From positions 1-43,730 of the forward strand of contig CAURFY010000001.1 of NCBI GenBank assembly GCA_963524115.1: a stretch of 43,730 bases of DNA. Reading direction: 5' to 3'. The position numbers and the translations under genes were made by a program. Origin of the DNA: an uncultured Bacillus sp. (GTDB lineage Bacteria; Bacillota; Bacilli; Bacillales; Cytobacillaceae). The notes beneath the pieces were generated by a model. That model had not been told where the DNA came from. It searched no databases and was given only the letters and a program-made list of their open reading frames with translations. How positions within the stretch are numbered: the first letter of the stretch is position 1; every line of letters begins with the position of its first letter. Positions 9,156 to 19,361 of the stretch are shown one piece after another.

Positions 9156-10709
9156 ATGAATATCGAAAAATTTCAAGAGAGTATGTACCAGCTAATCGTT
9201 GAAACTTCAACAAACCTACCTAAGGACGTTCGTCGTGCTGTTTTAGCAGCAAAAGAACGAGAAAATGCAGGAACAACATCTGCAATGAGCTTGGCAACAA
9301 TTACGAAAAACATCAAAATGGCTGATACTAATGTATCACCAATTTGCCAAGACACAGGGATGCCAACTTTTAAAATCAAAACTCCTGTTGGTGCGAACCA
9401 AATCGAAATGACAAAAGCGATAAAAGCAGCAATTGCTCAAGCAACAAAGGACGGAAAGCTTCGTTCAAACTCCGTTGACTCATTAACCGGGGATAATACG
9501 GGTGACAATTTAGGCGAAGGAACACCAGTCATTAAGTTTGAACAATGGGAAAAGGACTACATAGAAACACGTCTTATTTTAAAAGGTGGCGGTTGTGAAA
9601 ATAAAAACATCCAGTACAGCCTCCCTGCTGAAATTGAAGGTTTGGGTCGAGCTGGTCGTGACTTAGACGGAATTCGTAAGTGTATCCTCCACTCAGTATA
9701 CCAAGCACAAGGACAGGGCTGTAGCGCTGGATTTATCGGAGTTGGAATTGGAGGCGACCGCACTTCCGGTTACGAGCTTGCCAAATTACAGCTTTTCCGT
9801 GGCGTTGAAGATGTGAATCCAAATGAAGATTTACGTAAGTTAGAAGAATATATTATGGATAAAGCAAATGAACTTGGAATTGGTACCATGGGCTTCGGTG
9901 GAGAAACAACGCTATTGGGTTGTAAAATTGGGGTAAATAACCGTCTTCCTGCAAGCTTCTTTGTTTCAGTCGCTTATAACTGTTGGGCATACCGTCGTCA
10001 AGGTGTGAAAGTAAACCCTGAAACGGGCGACATTAACGAGTGGTTGTATCAAGAAGGAGAAAAAATCGAATTTACAGAAACGGAAGCAGAAAAAGAAACT
10101 GCAGCGGCGTCTGAATCTGAAAGCAAAGTTGTGACGCTTCAAGCACCAGTTACAGAAGAACAAATCCGTGCGTTAAAAGTTGGAGATGTCGTTAAAATTA
10201 ATGGTTTAATGTACACTGGCCGCGACGCAATCCATAAATATTTATCAGAACGTGATGATGCTCCAGTGGATTTGAATGGACAAATTATTTACCACTGTGG
10301 CCCAGTCATGCTTAAGGATGAAGAAGGAACTTGGCACGTAAAGGCAGCAGGGCCAACAACTAGTATTCGTGAGGAGCCTTACCAAGGTGATGTCATGAAA
10401 CGTTTTGGTATCCGTGCTGTTATCGGTAAAGGTGGAATGGGTCCCAAAACTCTTGCTACTCTAAATGAGCATGGTGGGGTTTACTTGAATGCTATTGGTG
10501 GAGCCGCACAGTATTATGCTGACTGCATCAAATCTGTTGAGGGTGTAGATCTCATGCAATTTGGTCTTCCTGAAGCAATGTGGCATTTAAAAGTTGAAGG
10601 ATTTACTGCAGTTGTGACTATGGACTCCCATGGAAACAGCCTTCACCGTGATATAGACCAATCCTCTTTAGAAAAACTATCGCAATTTAAAGAAAAAGTT
10701 TTTAAATAA
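9156..10709 (+). CDS. Class I Fe-S fumarate hydratase
   Basis: PICQDTG, KGGGCEN, GRDAIH, AGPTTSIR and GKGGM motifs. Confidence 0.95.
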   Translation: MNIEKFQESMYQLIVETSTNLPKDVRRAVLAAKERENAGTTSAMSLATITKNIKMADTNVSPICQDTGMPTFKIKTPVGANQIEMTKAIKAAIAQATKDGKLRSNSVDSLTGDNTGDNLGEGTPVIKFEQWEKDYIETRLILKGGGCENKNIQYSLPAEIEGLGRAGRDLDGIRKCILHSVYQAQGQGCSAGFIGVGIGGDRTSGYELAKLQLFRGVEDVNPNEDLRKLEEYIMDKANELGIGTMGFGGETTLLGCKIGVNNRLPASFFVSVAYNCWAYRRQGVKVNPETGDINEWLYQEGEKIEFTETEAEKETAAASESESKVVTLQAPVTEEQIRALKVGDVVKINGLMYTGRDAIHKYLSERDDAPVDLNGQIIYHCGPVMLKDEEGTWHVKAAGPTTSIREEPYQGDVMKRFGIRAVIGKGGMGPKTLATLNEHGGVYLNAIGGAAQYYADCIKSVEGVDLMQFGLPEAMWHLKVEGFTAVVTMDSHGNSLHRDIDQSSLEKLSQFKEKVFK

Positions 10710-10714
10710 TAAAG

Positions 10715-10755
10715 AAAAGGCCAGAATTGCCAGTTTGATGCAATTCTGGCCTTTT
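10715..10755 (+). terminator. Intrinsic terminator of fumarase gene
   Basis: AAAAGGCCAGAATTGC...GCAATTCTGGCCTTTT. Confidence 0.85.
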
Positions 10756-10859
10756 TATATATTAATCCAATTAAAATTTAATTAAATACTAACCCAAAAT
10801 AATCATTGAATTCTTTTATCCTTTTAACAAACAATAATGAAAAATATGTTGGAGGATAA

Positions 10860-11663
10860 ATGATGAAATGGATTGTTCGAAGTTTAAGTTTCTTACTATT
10901 ATTAGTGGTTGCATTTACTACAACTGCTCAAGCAAAAATCAACACTTCCTCACTCCACTGGGGTTTTAAAAAGTCAACTAACGGGCAGGGTGTTGATGCA
11001 GGAGAAAAATTGGGAGGACTTCTCGATAGGTATGGGGCACCCTATAAAGGCGACCCAAACAAAAAGGTTTTGTATTTAACCTTTGATAATGGATATGAAA
11101 ATGGCTATACCGAAAAAATCTTGAATGTATTAAAAAAAGAAAAGGCACCAGCAACCTTTTTTGTCACTGGACACTACTTGAATAGTGCCCCAGATCTTGT
11201 GAAACGGATGGTAAAGGAAGGGCATATAATCGGAAACCATTCATGGCATCATCCAGATTTATCGAAAGTAAGTGAGCAAAGGTTTACAGAGGAATTGGAA
11301 AAAGTTCGAGTGAAAACGAAAACTTTAACTGGTCAAAAAGATATGGTGTATTTGCGGCCACCTCGAGGGACGTTTAGTGAACGAACTTTGGCTTTAGCAA
11401 AAAAGCAGGGTTACACACATGTGTTTTGGTCAATCGCCTTTATTGATTGGTATACAAACGACCAAAAGGGTTGGAAGTATTCTTACAATAACATCATGCG
11501 TCAAGCTCACCCGGGCGGGATTATTTTGTTACACACAGTCTCAAAAGATAATGCCGACGCATTAGAAAAAGTAATTAAAGATTTAAAAAAACAGGGCTAC
11601 ACGTTTAAGAGCCTGGATGATTTGATGTTGGACAATGCAATCGAATCACCTATGCTATACTAA
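10860..11663 (+). CDS. pdaA: Spore cortex muramic delta-lactam N-deacetylase
   Basis: LTFDNGYE, GNHSWHHP, RPPRG and ILLHTVS motifs; signal peptide. Confidence 0.95.
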   Translation: MMKWIVRSLSFLLLLVVAFTTTAQAKINTSSLHWGFKKSTNGQGVDAGEKLGGLLDRYGAPYKGDPNKKVLYLTFDNGYENGYTEKILNVLKKEKAPATFFVTGHYLNSAPDLVKRMVKEGHIIGNHSWHHPDLSKVSEQRFTEELEKVRVKTKTLTGQKDMVYLRPPRGTFSERTLALAKKQGYTHVFWSIAFIDWYTNDQKGWKYSYNNIMRQAHPGGIILLHTVSKDNADALEKVIKDLKKQGYTFKSLDDLMLDNAIESPMLY

Positions 11664-11777
11664 GGTAGGGCTTTTACATTTTATAAAAATAAGGCTAATT
11701 TTACCCCGGAAATGGTTCCGGGTTTTCTTTTGGGAAAAATGATATAATACGGGAAAAATGAAAAGGGCGGAAAACTC

Positions 11778-12644
11778 TTGTGGCATGAAAAAATAGCAAT
11801 AAGTGGCCCCTATAATTTTGACCGAGTATTGGAACGACTTTCAATTGACCCACTCAATGTGGTTTCGATTAATCATCAGTCTGTAAAGGTTCCGATATTT
11901 GTTAAAGAACAGCCGAGTGTTGTGGAAGTTCAAGCAACAGGAACCACCGATGATCCTTCTTTTATCATGAGTGGAGAGGACATAATAAATAAAGAACAAG
12001 CAATTGAAAAAGTTAGGGGAATCTTCCAATGGGACATTCCTCTTAGGGATGTCCATCATCATTTTCAAAAAACAAAATTACGAGACTTGTTTTCCGAGCA
12101 TTATGGAACGCCACTTGTCCTAGATTTTGATCCTTACGGCTGCCTACTAAAATGCATAATTCATCAGCAATTAAATATGGCTTTTGCTCATACGCTTTCA
12201 ACAAGATTTGTAAAAACATATGGGTTTGAAGTAGATGGAGTTTGGTTTTATCCACGGCCAGAGGTTGTTGCAGACATAAAGGTTGAACGCTTGAGGGAGT
12301 TGCAATTTAGCAGCAGAAAAGCTGAGTATGTAATCGGGATTGGCAGGGCAATTGCTCAAGGAGAGCTTAATTTTGAAAAAATAAGGCAGCTATCAGATGA
12401 AGAAATTTTAGCGCAATTAGTTAAATTACGAGGTGTTGGACCCTGGACCGTACAAAATTTCCTAATGTTTGGGCTAGGGAGGCCAAACCTGTTTCCTATT
12501 GCGGATATAGGCATTCAAAATGCATTGAAGAAATTGTACTCAATGGAACGAAAACCGACAAAAGAAGAGATGGAGAACTTCATACTGGGTTGGGAACCGT
12601 ACTTAAGCTACGCATCATTATATTTATGGCGTAGTATCGAATAA
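11778..12644 (+). CDS. yfjP: AlkA-family DNA-3-methyladenine glycosylase
   Basis: HhH-GPD motif LRGVGPWT...FPIADIG; between pdaA and rlmD. Confidence 0.9.
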   Translation: MWHEKIAISGPYNFDRVLERLSIDPLNVVSINHQSVKVPIFVKEQPSVVEVQATGTTDDPSFIMSGEDIINKEQAIEKVRGIFQWDIPLRDVHHHFQKTKLRDLFSEHYGTPLVLDFDPYGCLLKCIIHQQLNMAFAHTLSTRFVKTYGFEVDGVWFYPRPEVVADIKVERLRELQFSSRKAEYVIGIGRAIAQGELNFEKIRQLSDEEILAQLVKLRGVGPWTVQNFLMFGLGRPNLFPIADIGIQNALKKLYSMERKPTKEEMENFILGWEPYLSYASLYLWRSIE

Positions 12645-12662
12645 TTTGGAGTGAGAAAAATT

Positions 12663-14066
12663 ATGCAAAAACAAGAAACCGTTACGATTACCGAGAAACA
12701 AACCTTTCCATTAACAATCAAACGTTTAGGAATTAATGGAGAAGGGGTCGGCTATTTTAAAAGACAAGTTGTGTTTGTACCCGGAGCCTTGCCTGGAGAA
12801 GAAGTTGTTGTTGAGGTGACTAAGGTTAATCCTAAATTTGCTGAGGCAAAGATCAAGAAAATCCGTAAATCCTCAGAGCACCGGGTTCAACCATTATGCC
12901 CCGTTTATGATGAATGTGGGGGCTGCCAGCTTCAGCATTTGAATTATGATCAGCAATTAAAAGAAAAACGCGATATTATTATTCAGTCATTAGAGCGTCA
13001 TACCAAAATACCTGTTGCGGAATTCACGATAAACGAAACAATTGGGATGGAAAATCCATGGGGCTATCGAAATAAAAGTCAATTTCAGGTTGGATTGAAG
13101 GATGGCGGCAAAGTGCTCGCTGGTTTGTATGGGTTGAATTCACACAAATTAATTGATATTCAACAATGTGTTGTTCAGCATCCACAAACGAATAAAGCAA
13201 CCGAGGTAGTTAAAGGGATTTTAGAGGAGTTAAAGATTCCTATTTACAATGAGAAATCACGAAAAGGAATTGTCAGAACGATTGTCACTAGAGTGGGTGT
13301 TCAAACTGGAGAACTGCAAATTGTTTTGATTACCGCTAAACATGAACTGCCTAAAAAAGAGGAGATTATTGAAGAAATATTAACTCGGTTACCTGAAGTT
13401 AAGTCGATTATGCAAAACATTAACGAGCAGAAAACTTCGTTGATTTTTGGGGAGGAAACGGTTGGGTTAGAGGGCGAAGAATTTATCCAAGAAACACTAG
13501 GTGATCTTTCTTTCGAGCTTTCTGCTCGGACGTTTTTCCAATTAAATCCCGAACAAACAGTGAAGTTATACAATGAAGTGAAAAAGGCTGCGGCTTTAAC
13601 CGGTACCGAAAAAGTAGTTGATGCTTATTGCGGCGTTGGAACAATCGGGTTATGGTTGGCTGGCCAAGCAGACGAAGTCCGCGGGATGGACATCATTCCT
13701 GAATCAATCGAAGATGCCAAGAAAAATGCCAAACGCCACGGTTTCACCAATACAAAATACGTCCCCGGGAAAGTTCAAGAGGTCCTACCAAAATGGATCA
13801 AAAAGGGCTGGAAACCCGACGTCATCGTCGTCGACCCACCAAGAACAGGACTGGACAATCAGCTATTAGAAACAATATTAGCAGCGGAACCGGAGAAAGT
13901 AGTATATGTGTCATGTAACCCTTCAACATTGGCAAAGGATATTCAAGTTTTGAGTTCTAAGTTTAAAGTTGAGTATATTCAGCCGGTTGATATGTTTCCA
14001 CATACGAGCCACGTTGAGACGGTGGTATTGATGTCACGAAATGAGGGCTGGAAGGCTGATAAATAA
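12663..14066 (+). CDS. rlmD: 23S rRNA (uracil-C5)-methyltransferase, TRAM domain
   Basis: C..CGGC Fe-S motif, FFQLN, DAYCGVG, VDPPR, YVSCNP and DMFPHT. Confidence 0.95.
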   Translation: MQKQETVTITEKQTFPLTIKRLGINGEGVGYFKRQVVFVPGALPGEEVVVEVTKVNPKFAEAKIKKIRKSSEHRVQPLCPVYDECGGCQLQHLNYDQQLKEKRDIIIQSLERHTKIPVAEFTINETIGMENPWGYRNKSQFQVGLKDGGKVLAGLYGLNSHKLIDIQQCVVQHPQTNKATEVVKGILEELKIPIYNEKSRKGIVRTIVTRVGVQTGELQIVLITAKHELPKKEEIIEEILTRLPEVKSIMQNINEQKTSLIFGEETVGLEGEEFIQETLGDLSFELSARTFFQLNPEQTVKLYNEVKKAAALTGTEKVVDAYCGVGTIGLWLAGQADEVRGMDIIPESIEDAKKNAKRHGFTNTKYVPGKVQEVLPKWIKKGWKPDVIVVDPPRTGLDNQLLETILAAEPEKVVYVSCNPSTLAKDIQVLSSKFKVEYIQPVDMFPHTSHVETVVLMSRNEGWKADK

Positions 14067-14085
14067 AGAGTTTTTAAATATTTAG

Positions 14086-14130
14086 AAAAAGTTCAAGATT
14101 GAAGAAGCTTATCAATCTTGAGCTTTTTTT
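14086..14130 (+). terminator. Terminator after rlmD
   Basis: AAAAAGTTCAAGATTGA...TCAATCTTGAGCTTTTTTT. Confidence 0.8.
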
Positions 14131-14160
14131 ATTCTGCCGAAAAATATTAACACGAAACCG

Positions 14161-14322
14161 GCTTGGGAGTTTGCAAAGAAAGAGAATATAGAGCTTTCGG
14201 CTGTGGCGGTCATGGGGCCTGTACTTGGTCAGGACTTTTCGCACTCCAACCAAATTGTTTATGCGATGTTGACAGGCAAAATGCCATTCCTCTTAAAAAT
14301 TGGCTTTGATTATATTGACGTA
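14161..14322 (+). pseudogene. Internal fragment of an extended-SDR aldehyde reductase/epimerase (DFR-like)
   Basis: Translates AWEFAKKENIELSAVAVMGPVLGQDFSHSNQIVYAMLTGKMPFLLKIGFDYIDV; no start or Rossmann motif. Confidence 0.7.
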
Positions 14323-14446
14323 GGTTTACAGTTAAACTATTGAGCTGATTGTCAAATTAGAGTCATAAATTGTATTGCAATAATAATGTTAAGTAATATA
14401 ACATCGAATTAATGATTAACTAAACAAATTATAAGGGAGTCTTTTT

Positions 14447-14950
14447 ATGTTGGAAGATATTATATTTAAAGATGCGAGTATAGAAGATTTACCAATTATA
14501 GTGGAAATTTATAATTCAACTATTCCAAGCAGAATGGTAACTGCTGATACTGAACTTGTTTCTATAAACGATAAATTAGAATGGTTTAGAGAACATAACC
14601 CCTATAAAAGACCTTTGTGGGTTGTAGAGTATGGAGGTGAAATTTGTGGCTGGGTAAGTCTTCAATCTTTCTATGGAAGACCAGCTTATAATGCGACTGC
14701 CGAAATTAGTATTTATATTCATGAAGATTTTCGAGGTAAAGGACTAGGGAGAAGGATTTTAAGCAAAGTTATAGAGGAATGTCCTAAGTTTGAAATTGAT
14801 ACTTTACTTGGATTCATCTTTGGACACAATGAGCCGAGTATTAAACTATTTTCAAGTTTTGATTTTGAAAAGTGGGCTCATTTACCAGAAGTCGCAACAT
14901 TGGATGGAATTAAGAGAGATTTGATTATTCTTGGAAAAAGGATTTCGTAA
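14447..14950 (+). CDS. GNAT acetyltransferase, phosphinothricin/methionine-sulfoximine type (YwnH/YncA-like)
   Basis: IYNSTIPSRMVTAD, FYGRPAY, RGKGLG and HNEPS motifs. Confidence 0.9.
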   Translation: MLEDIIFKDASIEDLPIIVEIYNSTIPSRMVTADTELVSINDKLEWFREHNPYKRPLWVVEYGGEICGWVSLQSFYGRPAYNATAEISIYIHEDFRGKGLGRRILSKVIEECPKFEIDTLLGFIFGHNEPSIKLFSSFDFEKWAHLPEVATLDGIKRDLIILGKRIS

Positions 14951-15024
14951 CGAATATGATATTAAATTGTTTTAAAAATTAAATTAATTTATAATAAAAA
15001 TATCCTTAGGGAAGGTGGCTTAGA

Positions 15025-15054
15025 ATGATGGGGGTAATTATTACTTTGGCATAG
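15025..15054 (+). promoter_or_regulatory. Candidate leader uORF MMGVIITLA overlapping a leader hairpin
   Basis: GGAAGGTGG upstream; stop codon is the start of the 15052-15066/15087-15101 inverted repeat. Confidence 0.45.
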
Positions 15055-15132
15055 CATAAGCTATTGCTAATATATAAATCAATTTTCAATAGCTTGTGCT
15101 AATCCTAAATATTACTTTTTAGGAGGAGCCAA

Positions 15133-15438
15133 ATGAGCTATCAATATCAAAAAGCAACAGAAATCTTACCATTAGAAATAATTGAGGAAATCCAAAAATA
15201 TATAGATGGTGGAATTATTTATATTCCAAAGAAATCCACAAATAAAGTAGCTTGGGGAACAAGAACGAAAACAAAACAACTGTTGTTTTCTCGCAATTTG
15301 GCTATTTATCAGGATTTCACTGACGGTATGAATTATGAAGAATTATCAAAGAAATATTTTTTAGCAATAAAAAGTATTCAGCGAATAATTAGACAAATGA
15401 AAAAACAATATAAATATAGAATAAATGCGATGCGCTGA
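15133..15438 (+). CDS. CD3324/Mor-like small HTH protein
   Basis: ILPLEIIEEIQKYIDG..IYIP..W...RN...ELSKKYFLAIKSIQRII. Confidence 0.8.
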   Translation: MSYQYQKATEILPLEIIEEIQKYIDGGIIYIPKKSTNKVAWGTRTKTKQLLFSRNLAIYQDFTDGMNYEELSKKYFLAIKSIQRIIRQMKKQYKYRINAMR

Positions 15439-15542
15439 GTATATCTTGGAGCATCTTTTTTTATAATTAAGTGTGTACCAAAATCCCTAATTTATTATGA
15501 TATATTTTGATTAACTTAATCGCTAGATAGGGAGGCGATTGT

Positions 15543-17171
15543 ATGGAATTGATAAGAATGATAGGAATAGAAAAATATTTTGGAGGTAAGCTTCTTTTTG
15601 CTTTTGATGAATTAACTGTCTATATGAACGATATTATTGGTGTGGTTGGGTTAAACGGAAGTGGAAAAACGACGTTGTTGGAGATCATAAACGGTGATAT
15701 AGCTCCTGACAAGGGAGGAGTTGAGGTTAAGGGAGATATCTCTTATTTTAAACAATTCAGTCAATACCAGGAATTAGCAGGCTCTTGGCAATTGAAGGAA
15801 TTCCGCACCAGCACATCAATATCTGAAGGTTGGTTCAGCGGTGGGGAAAAAACTCGTTTACGTTTAGCTGAGACTTTTTCTAAGAACAGTTCAATACTTT
15901 TACTAGATGAACCAACAGCGAATTTAGATGCTCAAGGGATACAATTGCTAAAGCGAAATTTAGAAAAATATAACACAATGATGATTATTAGCCACGATAC
16001 AACTTTATTAGATGAATTGTGTAATCGAATTATTGAGATTGACAACAAAACCATACACTGTTTTGACGGGAATTATACAGCATACAAACAGCAGAAAGAA
16101 CATCAAATTCTCACAGAGAAAAGAGAATATGAAAATTATCAAGCAAAGAAAAAGCATTTAGAGGAAGCTTATTTGCAGAAAAAAAAGCAAGCTGAAGCGA
16201 TAACAGATAAGCCAAAGAATATGAGTAATTCTGAAATTAGAGTTAGGAGTTTCTTATCTACTTACAAATCTTTTGGAGGGCGACAAAAAGCAATAGCAAA
16301 GCAAGCAAAAGCTGTGCAATCACGAATAGAGCAGTTAGATGTAAAAGAAAAAATCGAAGATAAGGCAAATATTCGAATTAATTTTGAGCTAACAAATCCT
16401 CCGAAAAATAAAATATTAATTCGCGGTGAAGAAATAACTTTTGGATATGATAATCATTTGATTTTTAGTCATGCCTCTTTTGAAGTCCGAAACAAGCAAA
16501 AAGTTGCTGTATTGGGAGAAAACGGAAGTGGCAAATCTACTCTTTTTTCTTTGATAAGAAATAAGTATGAAGGGATCTATGCTGTACCGAAATTAAAAAT
16601 TGGTTATCTGTACCAAGAGTTTGAAAATTTGCAGCCAGATAAAACTTTACTGGAGTCTGTCTTGGCTGACAGTGTACAAGAAAATGAAACTGTTTATACA
16701 GTATTAATGAATTTACTGTTTACGATTGAGGATTTTGATAAAAAGGTTGCACTATTAAGCGGTGGAGAAAAAATTAGGTTATCTTTTGCAAAGTTGATTG
16801 TATCAAATTATAATTTGCTTATTTTAGATGAACCTACAAACTATTTGGATTTACCGTCAATTGAGGTCGTAAAAAGTGTATTAAAAGAATATGAAGGAAC
16901 AATAATATTTGCCAGTCATGATGAAGCGTTCATTAATGAGCTGAGTACGGAACTTTTCATCATTGATAATAAAAAGCTACAAGGTTATCCGGGAAATCTA
17001 GAGGAATTCAAGAATAAAACGCAAACAAATATTGAACAGCTACAACAGGAGATTGAACAATTCCAGTTAAGTCAGGCAAAATTTCTTTTGGAAAATGAAA
17101 CAAATCCTAGAAAAATAGAAAAAATAAAGAAGAAATATGAAGAGATGACTAGGGAATATAAAGGAGAATAA
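15543..17171 (+). CDS. ABC-F ATPase, likely ribosomal-protection (Vga/Msr-like) type
   Basis: Two NBDs (GLNGSGKT/FSGGE/LLDEPT; GENGSGKS/LSGGE/LDEPTN), long charged linker, no TM segments. Confidence 0.88.
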   Translation: MELIRMIGIEKYFGGKLLFAFDELTVYMNDIIGVVGLNGSGKTTLLEIINGDIAPDKGGVEVKGDISYFKQFSQYQELAGSWQLKEFRTSTSISEGWFSGGEKTRLRLAETFSKNSSILLLDEPTANLDAQGIQLLKRNLEKYNTMMIISHDTTLLDELCNRIIEIDNKTIHCFDGNYTAYKQQKEHQILTEKREYENYQAKKKHLEEAYLQKKKQAEAITDKPKNMSNSEIRVRSFLSTYKSFGGRQKAIAKQAKAVQSRIEQLDVKEKIEDKANIRINFELTNPPKNKILIRGEEITFGYDNHLIFSHASFEVRNKQKVAVLGENGSGKSTLFSLIRNKYEGIYAVPKLKIGYLYQEFENLQPDKTLLESVLADSVQENETVYTVLMNLLFTIEDFDKKVALLSGGEKIRLSFAKLIVSNYNLLILDEPTNYLDLPSIEVVKSVLKEYEGTIIFASHDEAFINELSTELFIIDNKKLQGYPGNLEEFKNKTQTNIEQLQQEIEQFQLSQAKFLLENETNPRKIEKIKKKYEEMTREYKGE

Positions 17172-17493
17172 TTATTTTTTGATATAATTTAAATTGATAA
17201 AAGTAATTATGAGTCCATTTTGATTAAGCTTTTTACTTCAATTATCGGGCGCGATTGTTGTAGAAATTTTATGGGAAATTTAATAGGTAAACAACACTAC
17301 ATCAATATGTCTGCGATCACCACTCAACCCATGTGGAGTGTGTAACACAACTCGTTTTAAAATAAGTTGAAATACTATCGGCCCTGTTACAAAAACCGGG
17401 CCATTTTTGAGTGAGAGATGGTTTTGATGTCCAAACAATTGCAAGAAGCAAGGGTTGAATAGCATTAACAGAATTACATCTTAGGGGGTTGCT

Positions 17494-18510
17494 ATGCTTA
17501 CTATTGGTTATATTGGAAATGGGAAAAGCACGAACAGATATCATCTGCCGTTCGTACTGCAAAGAGAGAATATAAAGGTGAAAACAATCTATCAAAGAAA
17601 TCCTAAGCGTGAAAGTTGGGATAGAATTGTAGGAGTAAATTATACTTCTGATTTAGATGAACTATTAAGTGACAAGGACATTCAACTAATTGTGGTTTGC
17701 ACAAGAACTGACAGTCATTATGAATACGCAAAATTAGTATTAGAACATAATAAACACTGTTTGGTAGAAAAGCCTTTTATGGAAACCTCAGAACAGGCAA
17801 AAGAAATATTTGCAATCGCAAGAGAGAAAGGATTAATTATTCAGGCGTATCAAAATAGACGTTTTGATAGTGACTTTTTAACGGTTCAAAAGGTCATTGA
17901 AGAAGGGAAAATAGGGGACTTATTGGAAGTGGAAATGCATTATGACTATTTTCGTCCCGAAGTACCGGAGGCTGTTCATTCTTTTAATCCTGAGACATCC
18001 TTTTTATATGGACATGGCTGTCATACATTAGATCAGGTCATCAGCTACTTTGGCAAGCCGGATCATATCCATTATGATGTAAGGCAATTATTAGGACAGG
18101 GTAGAATGAATGATTATTTTGATTTAGATCTTTATTATGGCAAGTTAAAGGTATCTGTAAAATCTAGTTATTTCAGACTTAAAGAAAGACCTAGCTTCGT
18201 TGTCTATGGCAAAAAGGGATGCTTTGTGAAAGAAACCAAAGATCGTCAGGAAGAACATTTAAAGTTATTTTACATGCCTGATCACAAAGATTTTGGTATA
18301 GATACAATAAAACATTATGGTGTACTGACCTATATTGATGAAGAAGGTACAATCCACGAAGAAACCGTGAAATCCGTAAACGGTGATTATGGAAGAATAT
18401 ATGATGATTTGTATGAAGCTATCATAAATGGTAAAGATAAAACCATTACGGACGAACAGACACTGCTACAAATGGAAATATTAGCAACTGGAGTTAAAAA
18501 CTTAAACTAA
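17494..18510 (+). CDS. Gfo/Idh/MocA oxidoreductase (YhhX-like)
   Basis: IGYIGNGKS, LVEKPF and YQNRRFDSDF motifs. Confidence 0.9.
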   Translation: MLTIGYIGNGKSTNRYHLPFVLQRENIKVKTIYQRNPKRESWDRIVGVNYTSDLDELLSDKDIQLIVVCTRTDSHYEYAKLVLEHNKHCLVEKPFMETSEQAKEIFAIAREKGLIIQAYQNRRFDSDFLTVQKVIEEGKIGDLLEVEMHYDYFRPEVPEAVHSFNPETSFLYGHGCHTLDQVISYFGKPDHIHYDVRQLLGQGRMNDYFDLDLYYGKLKVSVKSSYFRLKERPSFVVYGKKGCFVKETKDRQEEHLKLFYMPDHKDFGIDTIKHYGVLTYIDEEGTIHEETVKSVNGDYGRIYDDLYEAIINGKDKTITDEQTLLQMEILATGVKNLN

Positions 18511-18679
18511 AATTAAGGGCTGATTCTGTTGTAGGGGTTCATGATACATGACTATAAAAAATATGAATTCAGAATTACTTAAATAGTATTTCACTGCCAT
18601 AAGGCAGTTTTTTTTTGCCTAAAGGGATAAAACTCCGTATAATGATTATTTATTAAAAGAATGAAATGGAGTAGATCAA

Positions 18680-19051
18680 ATGGTTCAATCAATCAATACA
18701 AAAGTCGATTTAGTTATAGATGCAACCTCATATATGGGGATTACAGATTATGGTAAAATCATGATCGGAGACAAAGGATTTGAATTCTTCAATAATCGTG
18801 ATGCTCGTAAGTTTGTTCAAATTCCTTGGGAAGAAGTTGATCACGTAATCGCTTCAGTCATGTTCAAGGGGAAATGGATCCCACGTTATGCCATCAAAAC
18901 AAAGCGAAATGGGATGTATTCATTTTCTTCTAAAGAGCCGAAAAAGGTTTTGCGGGCCATTCGTGAATACGTTGACCCGAATCATATGGTCCAATCATTA
19001 AATTTCTTTGATGTTATCAAACGCGCCTTGAAGGGTAAGTTTAAAGAGTAA
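18680..19051 (+). CDS. DUF956 family protein (ManO-like)
   Basis: MVQSINTKVDL...YGKIMIGDKGFEF; adjacent to man-PTS genes. Confidence 0.85.
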   Translation: MVQSINTKVDLVIDATSYMGITDYGKIMIGDKGFEFFNNRDARKFVQIPWEEVDHVIASVMFKGKWIPRYAIKTKRNGMYSFSSKEPKKVLRAIREYVDPNHMVQSLNFFDVIKRALKGKFKE

Positions 19052-19130
19052 TAGTTCTACATACAAGACAGGTTGGAACTTGTCTTTTTTTGTTAGGACA
19101 AATCCAAAATTGAAAAAAATAAATTTCCTC

Positions 19131-19160
19131 TTGAAGGACGAATAATTTTTGTGCTATAAT
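19131..19160 (+). promoter_or_regulatory. SigA promoter of the man-PTS operon
   Basis: TTGAAG-N18-TATAAT with TG extended -10. Confidence 0.65.
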
Positions 19161-19201
19161 TTCTCTTGTAAGCTCATTAAAGTGATGCAGCAGTTGTTTA
19201 T

Positions 19202-19215
19202 TTACAGCGTTTGCA
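19202..19215. promoter_or_regulatory. Possible cre (CcpA) site
   Basis: TGCAAACGCTGTAA on the minus strand. Confidence 0.4.
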
Positions 19216-19249
19216 AAATAAATTTAAATAGTCATCGCCATTATTTTTT

Positions 19250-19361
19250 ACGTGTTACTGATTCGATCAGGCATGAGTAAAAGGTACGATTGAAATGAAG
19301 GAAAAGGGGCAATCTATACCCAAACCTTCTTTTAGTCGACTTTTTTACTCATGTCTTTTTT
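19250..19361 (+). promoter_or_regulatory. RAT (BglG/SacY/GlcT-type) overlapping a conditional terminator
   Basis: ACGTGTTACTGATTCGATCAGGCATGAGT overlaps stem GGCATGAGTAAAA / TTTTACTCATGTC plus T-run. Confidence 0.85.

Noticed and set aside
17280..17460. Structured ncRNA upstream of the oxidoreductase
   Set aside because: Only two short hairpins and no recognisable family motif; insufficient support
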